64,000 nt of DNA from Hydrolagus colliei (GCA_035084275.1 CM068751.1:16678001-16742000), one strand, 5' to 3'. Positions 1 to 12,528 are shown, counted from the stretch's first letter. The notes: generated by a model not told the origin, from the letters alone. Translations and numbers: made by a program.

Positions 1-203
1 GAGTCCAACAAACAATCGTGGATTGCAAGATCAAATTGTTTTCGTTTTTTTTGAAGGATTAGTACCTCCACAAAGATTTGCCAATCAACAAACAACCAAG
101 TTTCTAATTACTGCTGGGTAACCAGAGACGTTTAGAGTAAGGAAACCTGCCTAAAGTTTCACCCAGCCATGAATTGTACCCAGGTCATCTTGACTGCGAG
201 GTG

Positions 204-541
204 AATAATAATAATAATAATAATCCTTGCATTTGATATAGCATTTTTCACGTTCCTCTAGACGTCTCAAAGCGCTTCACATAATATACTGTAAAGTGAA
301 TTGACTGCATATTCGTGGGCGAAATGCGGCAGCCACTGGCGCACAGCGGCGTCCCACAAACAGTCGTGGATTGAAATGACCGACTTTGTCGGGTTGTTTT
401 GAACGGATTATTATTAGGCGCGTGTGTGTGTGAGGAGTAAGGAAACTTGCCCACGGTGTCGCCCTGACCTGCCTGGATTCGAAACACAAGTGTTCACGCT
501 TGTAAAGGGAAGGCTCTAACCACTGAGCCTCAGGAGCTCCA
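204..541 (-). mobile_element. Full-length tRNA-derived SINE (Deu-type core, L2-like 3' tail, (TAA)n end)
   Basis: Minus strand reads GCTCAGTGGTTAGAGC (A box) and GTTTCGAATCC (B box), then the core TGTGGGACGCCGCTGTGCGC..GGCTGCCGC and the tail AAGCGCTTTGAGACGTCTAG..ATCAAATGCAAGGATTATTATTA. Matches many other copies in the window. Confidence 0.9.
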
Positions 542-575
542 CAATCTTCCAATTCCCTTGCCTGCTCTGGGGCAG

Positions 576-608
576 TGTAATACCATAACCCCACACCTGA
601 GGGCGCTG
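576..608 (+). promoter_or_regulatory. Candidate CTCF site with upstream motif
   Basis: Core ACACCTGAGGGCGC (593-606) has 2 mismatches to CCASYAGRKGGCRS. TGTAATACC (576-584) lies 8 nt upstream and resembles the upstream (ZF9-11) motif. Motif match only. Confidence 0.4.
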
Positions 609-984
609 TGTCACACTAGTTAACAGGGAATTTATATTTTGATTGGTAAAACCTGCCTCTTTCTCCTATTCTGTTCAATTGCTTTATTTTACTTGTGACT
701 TTAAAGACTACGTTATGCGCGTACGGTTATAACGCTCAACTTATAATATTCATTTTGTATTGTGGATTACAAGTCACGCAACAGCACTCAGTGGGTTTGA
801 TGACTTGCAGCCAGTCAATGACAGCGCTCTGCAGTGTGGCACTGGTCGTGTCTGAGACAGGTGGACACTCGTCACTTTGCTGAACACCATCCAAACCAAG
901 CTGAGGTTTCCATCTATCCCACCTACACACGGATAGACTGTTGGAATCAAAGGTGCCATCTCTCCCTCTCCCTCTCTCTCTCCC

Positions 985-1556
985 TGGAGGGACGGTTACC
1001 AGGGGGGCGGGGCTGTGTGTGAGTGTGAGGGACGGTTACCAGGGGGGCGGGGCTGTGTGTGAGTGACAGTTAGATGTGGGCGGGGCTGTGTGTGTGTGTG
1101 AGGGACGGTTACCAGGGGGGCGGGGCTGTGTGTGAGTGACAGTTACATGGGGACGGGGCTGTGTGTGTGTGTGAGGGCCGGTTACCAGGGGGGGCGGGGC
1201 TGTGTGTGAGTGACAGTTAGATGTGGGCGGGGCTGTGTGTGAGTGACAGTTACATGGGGACGGGGCTGTGTGTGTGTGTGAGGAACGGTTACCAGGGGGG
1301 CGGGGCTGTGTGTGAGTGACAGTTAGATGTGGGCGGGGCTGTGTGTGAGTGACAGTTACCAGGGGACGGGGCTGTTTGTGTCAGTGACGGTTACCAGGGG
1401 GGCGGGGTTATATGTGTGAGTGACGGTTACCAGGGGGGCGGGGTTATATGTGTGAGTGACGGTTACCAGGGGGGCGGGGTTATATGTGTGAGTGACGGTT
1501 ACCAGGGGGGCGGGGTTATATGTGTGAGTGACGGTTACCAGGGGCCGGGGCTGTGC
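985..1556 (+). repeat. GC-box-containing minisatellite (about 16 units of 33-42 bp) at the putative RNF13 promoter
   Basis: Units of the form GACGGTTACCAGGGGGGCGGGGCTGTGTGTGAGT with variants. The last four are perfect 36-mers. Twelve units contain GGGCGGGG. Confidence 0.95.
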
Positions 1557-1663
1557 AGCTCTGTGGCTGGTGCGGGAGATGCTGCTGTGAGGCGGGACTG
1601 GTCTCCTCCTCCTCCTCCTCCTCCCTGTGTGTTATTGATTAGCTGGGAGCGGCCCGGGTTGTG
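1550..1663 (+). other. RNF13: Probable non-coding exon 1 (5' UTR) of RNF13; start approximate
   Basis: Ends at donor GTG|GTGAGT (1664), with a second donor AAG|GTAAGG at 1673. Lies in the GC-rich region. Human RNF13 also has a non-coding first exon. Confidence 0.55.
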
Positions 1664-2937
1664 GTGAGTAAGGTAAGGCGGTTAGTGTCAGTGTGTTTAG
1701 GGGGTGAGTGGGTGTCAGGCAGAGTCGGGGTGCGGACACCCGCACTAGGCCCACCGGTGTCGGCCTTTCCCTGGGCCGGGGCAGCCGCTGTTTGTGGCTC
1801 GCAGTGTGGGTGTCAGGCTGGTCACTGTCTGGCTGATCACTCCCTCCCTGGCTGTCACCCCCTGTCTGGCTCCCCCCCCCCCCCCCTGTCTGGTCACCCC
1901 CCTGGCTGGCCATCTTACCGTGGAGGGGGGGTGTGAGGGTGAGGGTGGGGGGGTGAGGGGGCGATTCGCTCTCACTGTTTCTAGCTAAACTAATGACTGT
2001 TATTGTCCAGGGAGGGCCTTTGTTATCCTCCCCCTCCCAATTGCATTGCTAACTCTTCCCCCGAATGTACACAGTGTAAAGAACTTATTTGATGTGTGCC
2101 AGGAATTTACCAACTGGCAACAACCGCAGCGCCTCTCTGTCTTGTATTCCAGCTTAATCTGGGTTCATAATTGCTTTTGCTTAAGATCCTTGTCGGCTGG
2201 TTAAGGTTCGGTGTTGTTGAAGGGCAGAGGCATCAGAGAAGTGGACATTGATGTACCTTTGGCTGCGATTGCAATCTTAAATCTTCCGCACATTGTGCCG
2301 GTATTACAATGGCAGTGAAACCACCAGCCCTTGGAAACCGTTTGTTATTCATCCCTGGTCAACAACTGCACATTTGATGTCTGCTCCATACATTCTTTCC
2401 CTCACCCACATCTGTATTGTGTGTGCCTCCCTCGTTCGCATGCCTCTGGCTTAGCAAACACAATAAAAGTGCGATAAAGTGCTGAATGTGGACTTTAAGT
2501 GTCATCTTGGCTCAGCTGGCAGCGAGTCACTTTTCGCCTCTGGGACGAACAAATGCCGTCCTGTGGCTGAAAGGTTCGGCCTGACTTCAGGTGGAACGAG
2601 AGATCCCAATGGATTATTCTGAAAGAGAAGGTGTATTCTTCCTGGTGCCTTTTCGAGCAATCCTCCAGTTTAAATGTTTTCGCTTTGTGGTTGTTTGTGG
2701 GTGGGGGGAGGAGGGAGGAGGTGGGGGCTTTACTTGTGTGCAAATTGACAGTCATATTTACTTTAGGAAAAATCTGTCGAAAGCACTTGTTAATAATTGC
2801 TGTAAAGCACTTTGAAACATTTCAAAGCACTTCAAAACAATTGCACTTTATTACTCAAAACAATCTGCTTAAGTGCTGATGTGAGAGTTGAATCCATAGC
2901 CTTCTGGCCAAGAGGTACCTACTTGGACTATTCAAAG

Positions 2938-3490
2938 TAATAATAGTAATTCTTGCATATAGAACTTTATCATGTCATTGAGATGTCTCCAAGTGCTTCT
3001 CAGAATATACTATAAAGTGCATTGACTATTTTCTGGGAGAATGTAGCAACAACAACAACAAAATGACACTTGTACAGCGCCTTTCACATCAGGAGGTTGT
3101 CCCAAGGCAGCCAGTTCCGCACAGCAATACCCTACAAACAGCTACTGAGTGAGTGACCAACTACCTCTGTGACCTCCTAACCCTCTACCAACCTGTCCGC
3201 CCCTGCCGCTCATGCTTCGCGTCCCCTGCCTTGGTGGGTGGACCTTCAGTCTCTCTGCCCCCACTCTCTGGAACTCCATCCCACAGTCCCTTACCCTCTC
3301 CCCCTCCCCTCCTTCAAGACCCATTTCAAGATCCTGCTCTTTGACCATGCCTCCAGTCAACTTCCTACCCCTTCTCTCCTCATCCTCCACCCCTCCTGAT
3401 CCCAACCACCAGCTCGTGTGTGGATCCCTGACAGTTCAGTGCCTTGGAGCATCCTGATTGTATGGCTCTATACAAACTGTAAATTGTTTT
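2938..3490. mobile_element. Cluster: minus-strand SINE 3' half interrupted by an L2 tail, followed by a plus-strand L2 3' fragment
   Basis: TAATAATAGTAATTCTTGCAT..AGAATATACTATAAAGTG SINE tail. CAACAACAAC..GCGCCTTTCACATCAGGAGG L2 tail. CCCCACTCTCTGGAACTCC (APTLWNS), typical of the L2 ORF2 end. Confidence 0.7.
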
Positions 3491-3869
3491 TCTATGAAAG
3501 CATTCCACAAGATTAACAGTAAAGTGCTGTGTCTCTGTGTATTGTGGGAGAATGGAGCATCCAATTTTTGCACAGTAATAACCCACAAATAGCCATGAAG
3601 TAAGTGAATTAAGTAAGTGAGCCTGAAGAAATTCCCTCTTTTTGAATACTATCATAGGATTTATTCTGAATAAGCAGGGCCTAGGTTAAATGTTTCATCT
3701 AAAGTATGGCACCTCCAACAATGTATATAATACACTGCCAGCACTCCATTGGAGTCATCTTAGACTATACAAGTTCCAAGTCCTGACGTGGAACTCAAAC
3801 TGGCTGTCACACAAGGATGCCGAGTTCTGTTATCAAATCAATTGAGTTTAGTTCTCCAGAAATCGTACT

Positions 3870-4335
3870 CAGGCTGTAAAGTGCCCTGACCTTGAAAAGT
3901 TCTGATCATCATGATATTATCCGAATTGTAGAGGAGGTGTTGGGGAGAGCAACAAAAATGATTCCAGTGTTAGAGGAACGATTAGACTGTGGTTAATAAG
4001 TGGAACAGGTTGCAAGTCAAGATGGGTGAATCCAGGACATTTAAAAAGCTAATGGAATACTAGTTTAATTAAATATAGAATGTAAAAGCAAAAGCGTAAT
4101 TTTAAACCATTATAATTCTGTAGTAACTAATGAAAAAGTAAATGGGAAAAATCTATTTCCACTGGTCAGTGATCAATAACAAGATGGCATACGTTTAAGG
4201 TAATTGTAATTCTCAGTTTTCATACAGGTTTGTTAGGGTGTGGAATGGCCTATCTGGAACCATGGTTGACACACAAACCATTTCAGCTTTTAAGAGGGAA
4301 TTGGATAAATGTTTGAATAGGAGAGAATAGGTTTC
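3870..4335 (+). mobile_element. Decayed CR1 LINE 3' fragment
   Basis: GGAGAGCAACAAAAATGATTCCAG (RATKMIP-like) and GTGTGGAATGGCCT..TTTAAGAGGGAATTGGATAAAT, typical of the CR1 ORF2 end. Confidence 0.65.
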
Positions 4336-4724
4336 ATCTGTATTAAGTGGGAGGTATGGTCGGAGGTGGGCAGTGTGGCGGAGCTGGGCAATGTGGCAGA
4401 GGTGGGTGATGTGGCGCAAAGAGGAGGAAGGCAGTCCTGGCTAGCGAACGAATATGGGGAAGAAAGTATAGCTGGGAATCAAACCTGACACCTCATGTCA
4501 ATATTGTCTATATGGGTTCCAAGACTCAATGTGGGGTTGGAACTCAACCTTCTGACTCAGAGGTGAGAGTACTACCAACTCTGAACATGTATGCCGAATT
4601 GTGTTTCTTACCAAGAAGCAGGAAAGGAATTTCTGGTGCTTGCCGTCTACCTATTCAGTATTGTAACTTATCAGATGCACAATGTGTAATAATGTTCAAA
4701 CAAGTTACTAACCTTCTGGATGTA

Positions 4725-5050
4725 GCGCTGGGGGAGTGCTGCAGTATTGGAGATGTCTTTCAGATGAAATGTTAACAGAGATTCCTATCTGCCTATTCAG
4801 GTAGATGTTAAAGATCCCAAGGCATGATTTGAAAAGAGAATGGAGTTTTTCCTGGTGTCTCGACCACCGATCCCCAATTGAAATTGTTGACTTGTTTCAT
4901 GGTGGTTTGTGGGACATTACGCTGCGCAGTTGGTTGCCATGTTCATCCACAAAATACACAGCCACTCACTACACTTTATGGCGTATCTTATTAAGCACTT
5001 TAGGATGGTTTCCTGTAATGAAAGTCACTATACAAAATATAAGGATTCTT
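4725..5050 (+). mobile_element. Old Deu-domain SINE (AmnSINE1/SacSINE1-like) remnant
   Basis: GTCTTTCAGATGAAATGTTAA..TCAGGTAGATGTTAAAGATCCCAAGGCA..TTGTGGGACATTACGCTGCGCAGTTGGTTGCC. Related copies at about 38605, 44500, 49400 and 50890. Confidence 0.7.
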
Positions 5051-8000
5051 TTTATCGAGTCGATCTAGCAGTCTGGTTCCTGAGCAAGATGGGTTCACGT
5101 ACTCTAATGACAGATCAGCCAGTTTGCCTTGTTGGTAGGAACTTATGTGCCCAGATCAATACTTAACTCGTAAAGTCTTCAGTGGGTCATCTCTGAGATG
5201 GAAACTGGTTACCATCTCATCACATGACGCCAATCAAACCGGCTTGGTTGCTTAATGACTTTAGAGAGCAAGTGGCTTGCAGCTGACCAAATGCTTATTG
5301 CCGTTTGGATAGTACACTATGAATTTTGAAAACTGTTCTGCAGCACCCTGTCAGGTGCCCCACGAGCTTTCAATCTCGTGGGCAAGGCAATGAATTCCAG
5401 GGCGTGCATTAGATGGAAGTAACTCATTAGTCTGAGATCTGTTACTATATAGGGTTGCAAATTACAGTGAAGTAAATCATCTGAAGCTCAGGTGTGTTAT
5501 GGACTGGAAGCAATATCCAACTTTTCTCTCTCTCTCTCTCTGTCTCTGATTTCTATTGTACACAATTGGTATATTGTAATCTTCTCTCCTATCCTGATGT
5601 CATTTTGATTCTTTTGTTCCTTCTGCTGTTGAAAAGTAGGCGAAAGATTGTGGGGGAAGGTTTTAGTGTTACTTATTCAAACTTGAGCTAAACATGAACT
5701 TGATTGAGTTGTAGCAATAATTTACCAGCAAGCTATAAAGATGAATTGCTTATGGAGGAATAAATTGCTTATGTGAGTTGAAGTGCCAGTTTTTAATTGG
5801 ATAATTCTTTACGTTTGTTGAAATATTGGTCGAGGTTGTTCTTGGAAAAGCAATTACTAGATTTCAATGCAATTGAGTCGATTCTTATTCTATCTCATTC
5901 TTCAGCTTTTCAAAGTTTCAATCAGCTGCATCTTTTTCAACCTACAATAATAAAGTATGTTGTGATTGCCACAGTGGTACTATTCTGAATATTAAACTCG
6001 AGGCTATTATGAGGAAACGGGTGCGATAAATGTTCATTGATTTCCTTGCAGTTTCCTCAACTTGGGTGGACTTGTGAGGGCTGCTCTGCATTCATATGAC
6101 CAAGCTTGTGGGCACACTTAGCATACATATTGTGCATGCTTTACAAGCAAAGGGTTTGAATATTTCTTGCTTTCGCCTCACCCCAACCTCAGGGCAGCAG
6201 TGAGTGCAGCATTTTTCCATGGATTGTATGTTAAGGAGCATTGTCTGCCCTTTTCACTTTAGTTTCTGAAACCTCTTTAGAGTTTCGGGAGAGAAAATTA
6301 AGGCAGGGAATCTTCACTTTTCTAGTGACAAGCGGAGAGTCTCACACATCCAGAATCATAGAATAATGCAGCTCAGAAGGAGGCTATTTGGCCCATCAAC
6401 CCATTAAGGGTATCCAAATCAGGCTGAGAGTTCCAAATATCTGTGGCGCTTATTCGTGGACATGTCTCTGCATTTGGAATGGAATGTGCACTCTCTTTGC
6501 GGAGGGTGCACCTGCTTACTTAATTCCAGAGAGTAAAAGGTGCAGGTTGGAAGGAGCCAAGGCTTGGGGTCCCCAGAGTGTGCTTTTCTTAGCTGGAGTT
6601 CAACCAGCTAAAACCATGCAGCTTGACATTGAAAAAACTGTTTGGCAGGGAGGATTCCCTTTGCTTGTCCAGCTATGACCACACTACCCATTAGTCGTGT
6701 GGAGTACAAACACCAGCATCAATTAATTAGGCTGAATCGTCATATTGTACATTAACTATAATAATGCATAACTTTGATTTAGCACCTTTGAAGTCAGGAG
6801 GACATCCGAAAGGGTTTCATAGGATATACTGTACTGTACAATGCAGTGAACTGTGTTTTGTTGGTGAACACACACAGCAATGTCCAACAAGCAGCCATGG
6901 AGTGGGTAACCAATTTTATTTGGGCCAATTTGAATCAATGTAAATTTATTTACATAGATTGTAAGGGCTCCCAGACCTCCTCCCTGCATGAGTTCGTCAA
7001 TAAACAGGAATACTGTGAGCAGTATCTGGACCAACAAGTTTAGCTAGGCTGAATTCCCGTTCCTACCTCCTTGTAAAGTACTGTTAAAACGTAATACCTT
7101 AATGACCATTTTTTAAAGAAAATTAGAAAGATACATAGAAAAGAATATGCTTCTCTCCCCCTTGTTGTGGTGAAGCACTCGTGGGATCAGGTGTAGGATG
7201 AAAGTAAACAAAGCTTACTCTGTACTTCTCCACCAGACCAGCAATCTGCCTTTTGTGGTGTGTGATTGCACAATGAGGTCCCTCGCTTCACACATTGCGA
7301 AGATGTTTAGGGGAGTGAGCTAAAAAAAATATATTCACGTGAAAATGGTTCACACAGCATGCTTTTGATGTATTGCTTTCACGTTTCCCCTGGACACCTC
7401 CAATGTCCACCTGCTTATTTTACTATTCATGCTGTATACTGTACTTTGTGTGTTATAGTAAATGTGACTTTCACATTAATCTGTTTAATAACTTGCCTAG
7501 TGTGTGATTTTAATGCACTCTAAAAGCTCATTAGATTAACCAGGCAAATTGTGAAAAGGGTATAATCCAAATTATTGCTGAATATTCACCTACATTCTTA
7601 ACAGTGGCTGATCCTAAAGCTGAATTGCTGTCTTAACTCAATGTTCTTAGCTGATGCTTAAATTACGTTTCTTTTACTGCGAGCAGCAGACAATAGCTCC
7701 CTGAACCAATTGACCTTGAAATAGAATGATAGAGAGAAGTGGGAGAAAGAAAACAATAAAGCATCTCCTTTGATTTCAGTTTGTGAACCAGTGCTATTTA
7801 ATGCTCATAATGGGTATCAAAAGACTGTGCTAAAAGGTGCTCACAACTGCTGGATCACACTTGGTTGTGATGTCCTCTCCCCTCGCCCCCAGACTCGTAT
7901 GTTAAACCCTGTCCATTGATGTATTTATGGTTAAATAATCCTAGCGACATCTGTATTCAGCCTCCTGCAAATAACTGACAATTGGATTGCTGGCACCTAA

Positions 8001-8258
8001 GGCACTGTACAGGAGAGAGAAAAACAGAAGCAATTTAGATTAAAAGGTTGGGAGAACACTGGTGTTGAAGTCCCAGTCGGGTTCTCTATGGCCTTTTTTG
8101 TTTGGTGTAACATTATACAGTCAGCAAAAATGGCTCCTGAAGCTGAAATGATGCAAGTAAAGTGGTTACAATGGTAATGACGGTAGATTTGTAATGTATG
8201 TTTTCATATGCGTTTTCTGTTTCTTGCATTAGGTGCTGCAGTTGCAGTGCATCTGAAG

Positions 8259-8372
8259 ATGATTTTGCCCTTGGGTGTGTTAATTTTATCTGCCTCACAG
8301 ATTCACGTCAGCTTCACCGTCTATTTTGTGGCTTTTCTCCATCTTTGGCCAGTGGAAGGCGACCTTATAGCT
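8259..8372 (+). CDS. RNF13: RNF13 exon 2 coding part (exon starts at 8233): start codon and signal peptide, MILPLGVLILSASQIHVSFTVYFVAFLHLWPVEGDLIA
   Basis: Acceptor TTTCTGTTTCTTGCATTAG|, ATG at 8259, donor |GTAAGT at 8373. The 38 codons align to the human N-terminus MLLSIGMLMLSATQ..LPVEADILA. Confidence 0.93.
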
Positions 8373-9219
8373 GTAAGTATGACAGACCATCTTCTTGGTA
8401 GAGAACTAGGTGGCAGTGTCTGGCACAAATCAAGTTTGATCAATGAATATCGTAATAGTATATAAGTACAATTTACATTTAGAGATGAGTGTCTTTTTTT
8501 TGTTGGTATCAGAATTTATTTCTTATCCCTTTGCATCTGTCATTGCCCACAACATACATGATGAGATAAAGCTCTATATCAAATGCAAGGATTATTATAT
8601 TATTATTATTATAAAGTAGTTTGTTGTGATGCTTCTAAAATTCAAAGGGATGAAATTGTGCCCGTGTCCCAACCAATTGCACCTCTTTCCCATAATCAGC
8701 TGGAAAGACCAACAATGCAGCCAGCATTTCATAGCTGCCACCATCAAGTCTTTGAAAAGTGTTCAGAAACTATTTTAATTTCTCAACCAGAAACCACTCA
8801 CTCCAGAAACCAATTCTGGCAAACAACTTTGCAATCAGGCAGACAGACGGCACTGTGGATTAATGTCTCATTCGATGCATGGTGCCGCCCAACAGTGCTG
8901 TGCTCCCCTAGCAATGCATTAGAGTGTCAGCTGACACTATATGAATTTAGTGTCTTGATGACAGATTACTACATTAATACTAGATGAATACTGCATGCCT
9001 ATAGTTCAAAAAATAGGAATGAATTATTAATTTGGAAAAAAAACCAAATACCAAATTTTACCAAATAAAACCTGGGAACTAGCAAACCTAAGTATGCGTA
9101 TGGGATTTGTGTTGAGGCCAAGTGACTAGATTAGTTGCCTCGATTCATATATTTTCAGCGTTTGAATGGCAAAGATAAGTGCATAATGACTTGTGCGAAT
9201 TCTGATTCTTAATTTTCAG

Positions 9220-9300
9220 CATTCCATTGAAAATAGAACACAGAATTTTGATGATCTACCATCAAGATTTGGTTACCGCCTTCCTAAAGATGGTCTACAG
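9220..9300 (+). CDS. RNF13: RNF13 exon 3: HSIENRTQNFDDLPSRFGYRLPKDGLQ
   Basis: TTTTCAG| acceptor, |GTAATG donor, 81 nt, phase 0/0. Matches human FDDLPARFGYRLP. N-glycosylation sequon NRT. Confidence 0.96.
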
Positions 9301-9544
9301 GTAATGTTTATGTCTGTTTTCATTTAATTTATTTTAAAAATCTTCTCGCATGCAGTTCTAAACTCCTTTTACCCTCAGACTCACTAAATCTGTGCACAAG
9401 CTCAGATTTGATCCCGAGTCAACCTTTCTATCCCATATTCAATTCCTAACTACGACTGCCTTCCTTCACTCACGCCACTTCTCCCCATCTTACTTCAGAC
9501 GCAACTGAAATCATGATTCATGCCTTTGTCACTGAACTGTGGGT

Positions 9545-9812
9545 TAGAATCAAAGACAGGTCATAGAGTTAGGAAGCATTTTTTCACATAAAGGAGAGTG
9601 GAATTCTGGAACTCTTTCCACCAAAATGCTGTGAATGCGAGATCCATTAAAATTTTCAATACACAGGCGGATAGATTGATGTTAGTTAAGGGTTTCAAGG
9701 GATATGGGCTAAAGGCAGTATTTGTAGTTGAGCTACAGATCAGCCATGAATTAATAGAATGATGGAACTGGCTTGAGTGGCTGAATGGCCTACTCCTATT
9801 CCTATGTTTCTA
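9545..9812 (+). mobile_element. CR1 LINE 3' end
   Basis: GAGTGGAATTCTGGAACTCT..AAGGGATATGGG..GGCTGAATGGCCTACTCCTATTCCTATG terminal motif. Confidence 0.75.
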
Positions 9813-12528
9813 AAGTTGCTTTGCATCCATGGTTCTGATGAAGCAGCCATTGCCACCTGCAGTCGTACTGGTTTTGCTGGTAATCATTGTGGGAAATTTC
9901 AGGACAGACACCAAGATGTATTTCTTTACATGGAGGGTAATTCATGACTGAAGCAGGTTACCAGTTAGAGTGACTGGAGCCCAGGATGATGGCTCAGTAA
10001 AGCAAAGTCTCAGGAGTATTCTGGACGGATGAAATGAAATAGACTGTAAGGCCTCCTTCATCTGAATCTCTCTTGTGATCTTTTGTGAGTGGAAATATGG
10101 ATAAATAAATCCTTCTCATTTTCCTTCACTGAGTATGCAATTAATGGAATAAATTGAGGCCTGTGTGATCTTCAGATCACTGCATTTTTCATGTCTAAGT
10201 GGCTTCTTTGTTCATGCAATCTGTATTTATATTCTGTGCCAATGGTGCAGTGGCAACAGTGCTAGAAGATGTTTTTGTTTGGGATGATTTCCAAAGTCTT
10301 GGATTAGTCAAATTCAGCCTTGAAATGTTGTCAGATTTTCCTTTATGTGAAAAGCATATTATAATAATAATAGTCTTGGGTTTGATATCATGCCTTATCA
10401 CATCAAAGCGTTTCACAAATGCTGTAAAATTAATTGACTGTATATTTTGTGGGTGAAAAGCGGCATTCAAGGATTCAATGACCTGAAGCCGCTCATTTTT
10501 GTGCATATTAGTTTAGTGAGGTTTTCCTGTCTTTGCACTGCCATCGCAAGGTAGAATTCAGAGGTAGGGAGTGCCTGTCTTTCCTTGTCCTTGAATTAGA
10601 TCAGTTTTAGTACCTCCACTATTCTCCCCAGTTTTTTTAAAATCAAGATTCTTTTTAATATAAGACATATATTCAAACCTAAACATTACATGGGTGATAT
10701 TCGATTTAAGCCAATGAGAACTCTCAGAGTTAGTATAGTCAATCAGATGGCGCACAGAATGCAATTGCTCACGTAGACGTGTAACGGCACACAATTATCA
10801 TTGAGTACTATAGCAAAGGGAAGTCATTAAAGCTGCATTTATTTTACTTTAAAATGTGTTAACTTTAAAAATAAGTTAGGACATGGTCGTAGAAAGGTCA
10901 ATTTCATAGTACACTACTGTAGTACTAAATGGCATTTTCACAGCCTGCCAGTAAATTTTTGCTTCAATGAAGTTAGAAGCATTATATTTCAGAATTCAAG
11001 TTAAGTATTGAGACTCATTATCTACTGAGACTTTTTTTTAATGACTAAGAATTGTGCAATGTTTAGTTCAAATTGATATATTTGAGCGTGGACCCAATCA
11101 CTATAGACATTTTCAGGTACAGTATTTTGTAACCTTTTTGATGGTGTGGCTCATAAAGTGCACACTGTTAACTTAAATGGCCTTTGTGGCCAGGTGAGTT
11201 TGAAATCTTACTGTAGATGGACGATCAAAATCACAAAATTCCTGGTCAAGTGGCTGTAGTGGCATGATAAATCCTGATGGGGGCAGTGTTGGTTTATCTT
11301 ACAAGGTAAGAGTGTGCATATTTAACAGCACCAACAACAAAATCACGTTTGGATAGTGCCTTTCATGTCAGCAAACCTGTATCCTCTATAATTGCGTCTT
11401 TCTGGTGTAAAGACCAAGTTGTTTGTAAAACACCAAACTCATCCTTAAATTGGTGGTTCATTAATGGTAACATAGCCATCTACTCAAAAAATATTTAACA
11501 TTACATTAAAATGTAAGTTAATCAAAACTATCGCTTCATTTAAGAAATGCTTGTCAAATCAAAGGTAATGAATAAACAGGAGGTTTAGATAAATCCCTTA
11601 GGATTGTTGGCAGAAGGATCGGGTTACAAGAAATTTCACTCACAGAGGGTTCTTAGCACAGGTGGCTATTGAGGCTGGATCAATAGAATTATTCAGAAGC
11701 ATCTGGGTAAACACCTGAGCGGTAAACACATTAAGGGATATAGAGACAAAATTATCTGGGAAGTGGGACTAATAAATAAAAAGGCTGAGTTTTTATATTT
11801 GAAAAAAAGTGGGAGCGGAGACAAGCCATGATGGCCGAAAACCAGTTTCTATGACATCCTATAACAATATTAGTTTGGTTTGTGAAAGTTATCTGCACCC
11901 TCTTCTCTTCCTCAAAAAACTTTTGAGTTATTAAGTATCGCTTTAAGCGCACTTATCTTACACACATAATATAAGTCAGGTTATTTATAATACCACAGCA
12001 TTGGCATTCCATGATGTTGGGTCTTGTCTGTCACCTCTACCTAACTAAAACTCAATCCCATGATTTGATAATACGTTTTTAGTCACAAGATAGAGTTGCA
12101 TCTCTTAGGTTTGCAAGTCATTTAAATGCTGCGAAAATGTAGCCCTGGATTGTATCATACCCAGGCATAGAAACTGCAAACAGCATGATGTGAGAATTTT
12201 AATTTCGATGTTTGGAAGCTGAAAATATTGGTAATTCGCCAGTTTGAAGTACGGAAATACTTACACTTAACAGTTCTATTTATTGTAGCAACCCAATGTG
12301 TCCTCGATTTATGACTTGGGATATGAAGTTCCATTGGATCCTGTGATTAAATTTTACGAACATGGGAAAAGGATGGGTTTGTGGTTGGAGGGGGAGAATT
12401 GGTGAAAGAACACTAGAGTAGTAAAAAAAAATGGAAATTGGCACAGTGTCTGCTCCCCACAGAAGCCGATGGAAATTAGTTACATTGCTTTAGTGATGCA
12501 CCGGTACTCCTTTGCATATAGTTACCAC

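Larger units (their letters stand above)
985..1980 (+). promoter_or_regulatory. RNF13: GC/CpG-rich promoter region of RNF13
   Basis: Locally high GC and CpG, many Sp/KLF GC boxes, a strong splice donor, and position upstream of the first coding exon. Confidence 0.65.

Noticed and set aside
695-1022. Short ORFs upstream of the promoter as a possible head-to-head neighbouring gene
   Set aside because: The translations do not resemble the usual RNF13 neighbours (ANKUB1, COMMD2) as I recall them, and there is no convincing exon structure.
985-1556. CRISPR-like array, or a coding repeat (ORF 1416-1667, SDGYQGGGVICV)
   Set aside because: Units are contiguous with no unique spacers and there are no cas genes. 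The context is a eukaryotic promoter, and the ORF is a by-product of the 36-bp periodicity.
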